The position numbers were made by a program, and so were the translations under genes. The notes below the pieces were generated by a model, which saw only the letters and a program-made list of their open reading frames with translations, was not told where the DNA came from and did not search any database. From Calditrichales bacterium (GTDB taxonomy: Bacteria; Calditrichota; Calditrichia; Calditrichales; J004): a stretch of 64,000 nucleotides of DNA. The stretch's first letter is position 1; each line of letters begins with the position of its first letter. Below, piece after piece: positions 61,650-64,000 of this stretch. Where the stretch lies: contig OZ254086.1 of the NCBI GenBank assembly GCA_965267575.1, forward strand, positions 2,336,001 to 2,400,000, in the 5' to 3' direction.

Positions 61650-62705
61650 CGTCACTTCGGACGTTTCGCGCTGCAGGAAAAGCTTCTGTGTGGGGTAAGC
61701 AAAGCTGATGCCTTGTTCCTGAAAGCCTTCATAAATTTTTAGATTGATTTCCTGCTGGATATCCATATAGAGGTTGTAATCCGGATCATTGATCCAGTAG
61801 ACCACCTCAAAATCCAGCGAGAAATTACCGTATTTGTGAAAATGAGCGCGGTCAAAACGTGTCCTGTCCATCTCATCGATGATCTCTTTGATCATTTCCG
61901 GGATGCGGCGCAATTTGTCCGCCGGCGTCTGATACACCACGCCAAAAGAAAAAAGCACTCTGCGTTCCTGCATGCGTTTGTAGTTGCGGATGCGGCTGCT
62001 GAGCATGTCGCTGTTGGAAAAAATAAGCTGCTCGCCGGAGAGACTGCGGATGCGTGTTGTTTTAAGCCCGATATGTTCGATAGTCCCCAGGTAATTATCG
62101 ATGATCACGAAATCACCGATCACGAAAGGCTTGTCCAGCACAATGGAAAGCGAGGCAAACAAATCGCCCAGGATATTTTGCAGGGCAAGGGCTACGGCGA
62201 TACCGCCCACGCCAAGGCCGGCAACAAGCGCCGTTATGTTCACGCCCAGGTTGTCCAGCACAAGAAGCAGCACAACCGTCCACAGTATCATTTTACCGAC
62301 AAAACCCAGCGCGGAGAATGTGGTGACAGCCGCGGCATCCGATTCTATTTTGGTTTTGCGCTGCCGCTGTATCAGGTATTGGATGATGTAATTGCCCCAC
62401 AATCCGGCCTGAACAATAAACGCGATCACCAGGGCTGTGTTGACAATTATGAGCGTTTTGTCGGCCAGCTCCAGCGCCTTGCTGCCGATAAAAGCCGCCA
62501 GTATCATTAAAAACAGCGGGTTTATCCGCGAGATCAGATTGGCAATGACATCATCCACGTCGGTTGCGGTTTTCTGCGCCATTTGATGCACCTTATGACG
62601 CAGAAATTTCTTGAGCAGTGTCAGTAGAAAGAATGAACCGATGGCAACGCCCGCGGCGATGAGCCAGTTTTCCAGTGAAAAGCCAAAAAATGTCTGTTGC
62701 AGCAT
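61635..62705 (-). CDS. mscS: MscS mechanosensitive channel
   Basis: GVGGIAVALALQ, DKPFVIGD, IGLKTTR, FAYPT. Confidence 0.9.
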   Translation of the reverse strand: MLQQTFFGFSLENWLIAAGVAIGSFFLLTLLKKFLRHKVHQMAQKTATDVDDVIANLISRINPLFLMILAAFIGSKALELADKTLIIVNTALVIAFIVQAGLWGNYIIQYLIQRQRKTKIESDAAAVTTFSALGFVGKMILWTVVLLLVLDNLGVNITALVAGLGVGGIAVALALQNILGDLFASLSIVLDKPFVIGDFVIIDNYLGTIEHIGLKTTRIRSLSGEQLIFSNSDMLSSRIRNYKRMQERRVLFSFGVVYQTPADKLRRIPEMIKEIIDEMDRTRFDRAHFHKYGNFSLDFEVVYWINDPDYNLYMDIQQEINLKIYEGFQEQGISFAYPTQKLFLQRETSEVTSNGH

Positions 62706-62789
62706 GAATACTCCGTTTTTTAACAAGCGCTTCTATGCTAAAAAAATGGCCGCAGTATATACATAAACTGTTTAACAGAAGCACGCTGC

Positions 62790-63617
62790 TCAAAATTTAT
62801 ACAGATAGCTTGGCCGCAGGTAGGCCAGTTCAAAGCCGTGCCTGATCATATTACGGTACGATTGTACCGGCCTTTCGGGAAGATCTTCCGCTGTTTCCGA
62901 GAACATCCACTCGCAGCCCTGTGCGGCGGCATCGTAGAATCTTTTGGCAATTAGCGCCGATTGCGCCCCACGGCCACGGTAATCCGGAAGCGTAGCGGCA
63001 AAACTGAGTGACGCGTATGCGCCGTTTACGAACAAGGCCGCACAGGCAGCAGGCCTGTCACCATCATAAGCTATGTAGTGCTTCCAGCCGGAACGGCCAA
63101 TGGGCAGCCTGACAATCTCCGCCAGGTGTGTGGGCCAGCCAAAGCTGCCGGTTATGATATCCGCAAATGCATCGGCTTCATCCGGGCCGATCTGTTTGAT
63201 GCGCAGATCCGTTTCCGCCTGGGGCAACGGATAGATCGGGCGATACAGCTTGGCCCAGTTGTTGTAATGGTCAAAGCCGTAATCCTTCAGGATCTCCGGC
63301 AGCCAGTAGGGATTACAATACGGGCTGACCTGCACAAAAAAGCGCGGGACGGAAGCAATCTTATAAAAAATAATAATATTCATAATGTCACGCTCCGAAG
63401 CGCGCTGTTTTATGCCGATGCCCAATACACGGTTGAACGCGAGGATATCTTCCGATGAAAGCGCGCCAACCACCGAGCCGCCAATATGGTTGAGCCAGAT
63501 ACCGAGCCTGGACTGCTGTTCCGGCGACGCGCTGCCGTAATATTCTTTCCAATAGGCGGCTTCCTGGATTTCCATGCCGTTTAACAATTGTGTTGAAATA
63601 ACTTTTTCGTCAATCAT
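62790..63617 (-). CDS. GNAT family N-acetyltransferase
   Basis: ATLPDYRGRGAQSAL acetyl-CoA motif, SYRNMIRHGF. Confidence 0.85.
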   Translation of the reverse strand: MIDEKVISTQLLNGMEIQEAAYWKEYYGSASPEQQSRLGIWLNHIGGSVVGALSSEDILAFNRVLGIGIKQRASERDIMNIIIFYKIASVPRFFVQVSPYCNPYWLPEILKDYGFDHYNNWAKLYRPIYPLPQAETDLRIKQIGPDEADAFADIITGSFGWPTHLAEIVRLPIGRSGWKHYIAYDGDRPAACAALFVNGAYASLSFAATLPDYRGRGAQSALIAKRFYDAAAQGCEWMFSETAEDLPERPVQSYRNMIRHGFELAYLRPSYLYKF

Positions 63618-63689
63618 GATTTCTCCGTGTTTTTAAAAGCCGCCCGCGTTCGGCAACTCCGGTAAACGGGGCGGCAGTTTATCGCTGTA

Positions 63690-64000
63690 TCAGCTTTTGC
63701 GTACAATGTAGTAGTTGTTCTGGAAGTCGTGCTCCAGGTTCCTGACTTCCACGGATTTAAAGCCGGTCTGATCCAGCATTTCCCGGGCCTTTTCCTCACC
63801 CCACATGGCGCCCAGACCCATACCGTCCTGTGCCAGCGAAACCGTCATGCAATGCATGGTGGATACGGTGTAAAGAAACGGTCCGATGGGGTGATCGTTG
63901 TTTTTCTCCACATTGCTGGAACCGGCGATGTCCTGCATCAGGAATACACCGTCGCTTTTGAGGGCGCGGAATATGCCGGCCAGCACGTTATCAGGACGCG
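63690..64000 (-). CDS. class I SAM-dependent methyltransferase, C-terminal part (truncated by window edge)
   Basis: [37 protein letters not shown]. Confidence 0.78.
   Translation of the reverse strand, partial: RPDNVLAGIFRALKSDGVFLMQDIAGSSNVEKNNDHPIGPFLYTVSTMHCMTVSLAQDGMGLGAMWGEEKAREMLDQTGFKSVEVRNLEHDFQNNYYIVRKS

Noticed and set aside
63638..63678. GCCGCCC...GGGCGGC stem between methyltransferase and GNAT genes as a repeat element
   Set aside because: Single copy with a long loop; may be a weak terminator but cannot be supported further

Overview
Chromosomal window of a diderm bacterium. Gene content (Myxococcus-type MglAB, ExbB-ExbD-ExbD-TonB, pyruvoyl arginine decarboxylase, octaheme cytochrome) suggests a Calditrichota/FCB-like lineage; this is inference, not a database result. 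0-26 kb is a co-oriented, mostly housekeeping block: tRNA-Gln, rplY, pth, a K+-dependent membrane pyrophosphatase, rpsF-rpsR-rplI with an S6:S18-type RNA leader, priA, an 8-gene MglA/MglB small-GTPase signalling operon, polyamine genes, GH57, CtpA, a Ton motor, dGTPase, an M20 peptidase and tRNA-Gly. 26-64 kb is more accessory: an envelope trio (LPP20-like, TPR-SLH, FecR), two GT2s, a frameshifted YyaL gene, an unannotated 57-aa Cys4 protein, a putative sulfur-respiration operon, ppc, a sulfatase, an electrophile-stress block, and assorted sensors and transporters. The strongest candidates for novelty are three. (1) An Otr octaheme gene next to an Otr paralogue that has lost the catalytic heme motif and is fused to cytochrome b, followed by a split YeeE/YedE pair carrying a Cys-less rhodanese and a SoxY-like GGCG tail, behind a Rex/CRP-like box and an SD-sequestering leader. 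(2) The conservon-like MglAB operon, with three roadblock-type domains and an output-less HAMP receptor. (3) Several families of gene-less intergenic repeats, one of which abuts the start codon of two genes. No CRISPR array, rRNA, transposase or integrase was seen.
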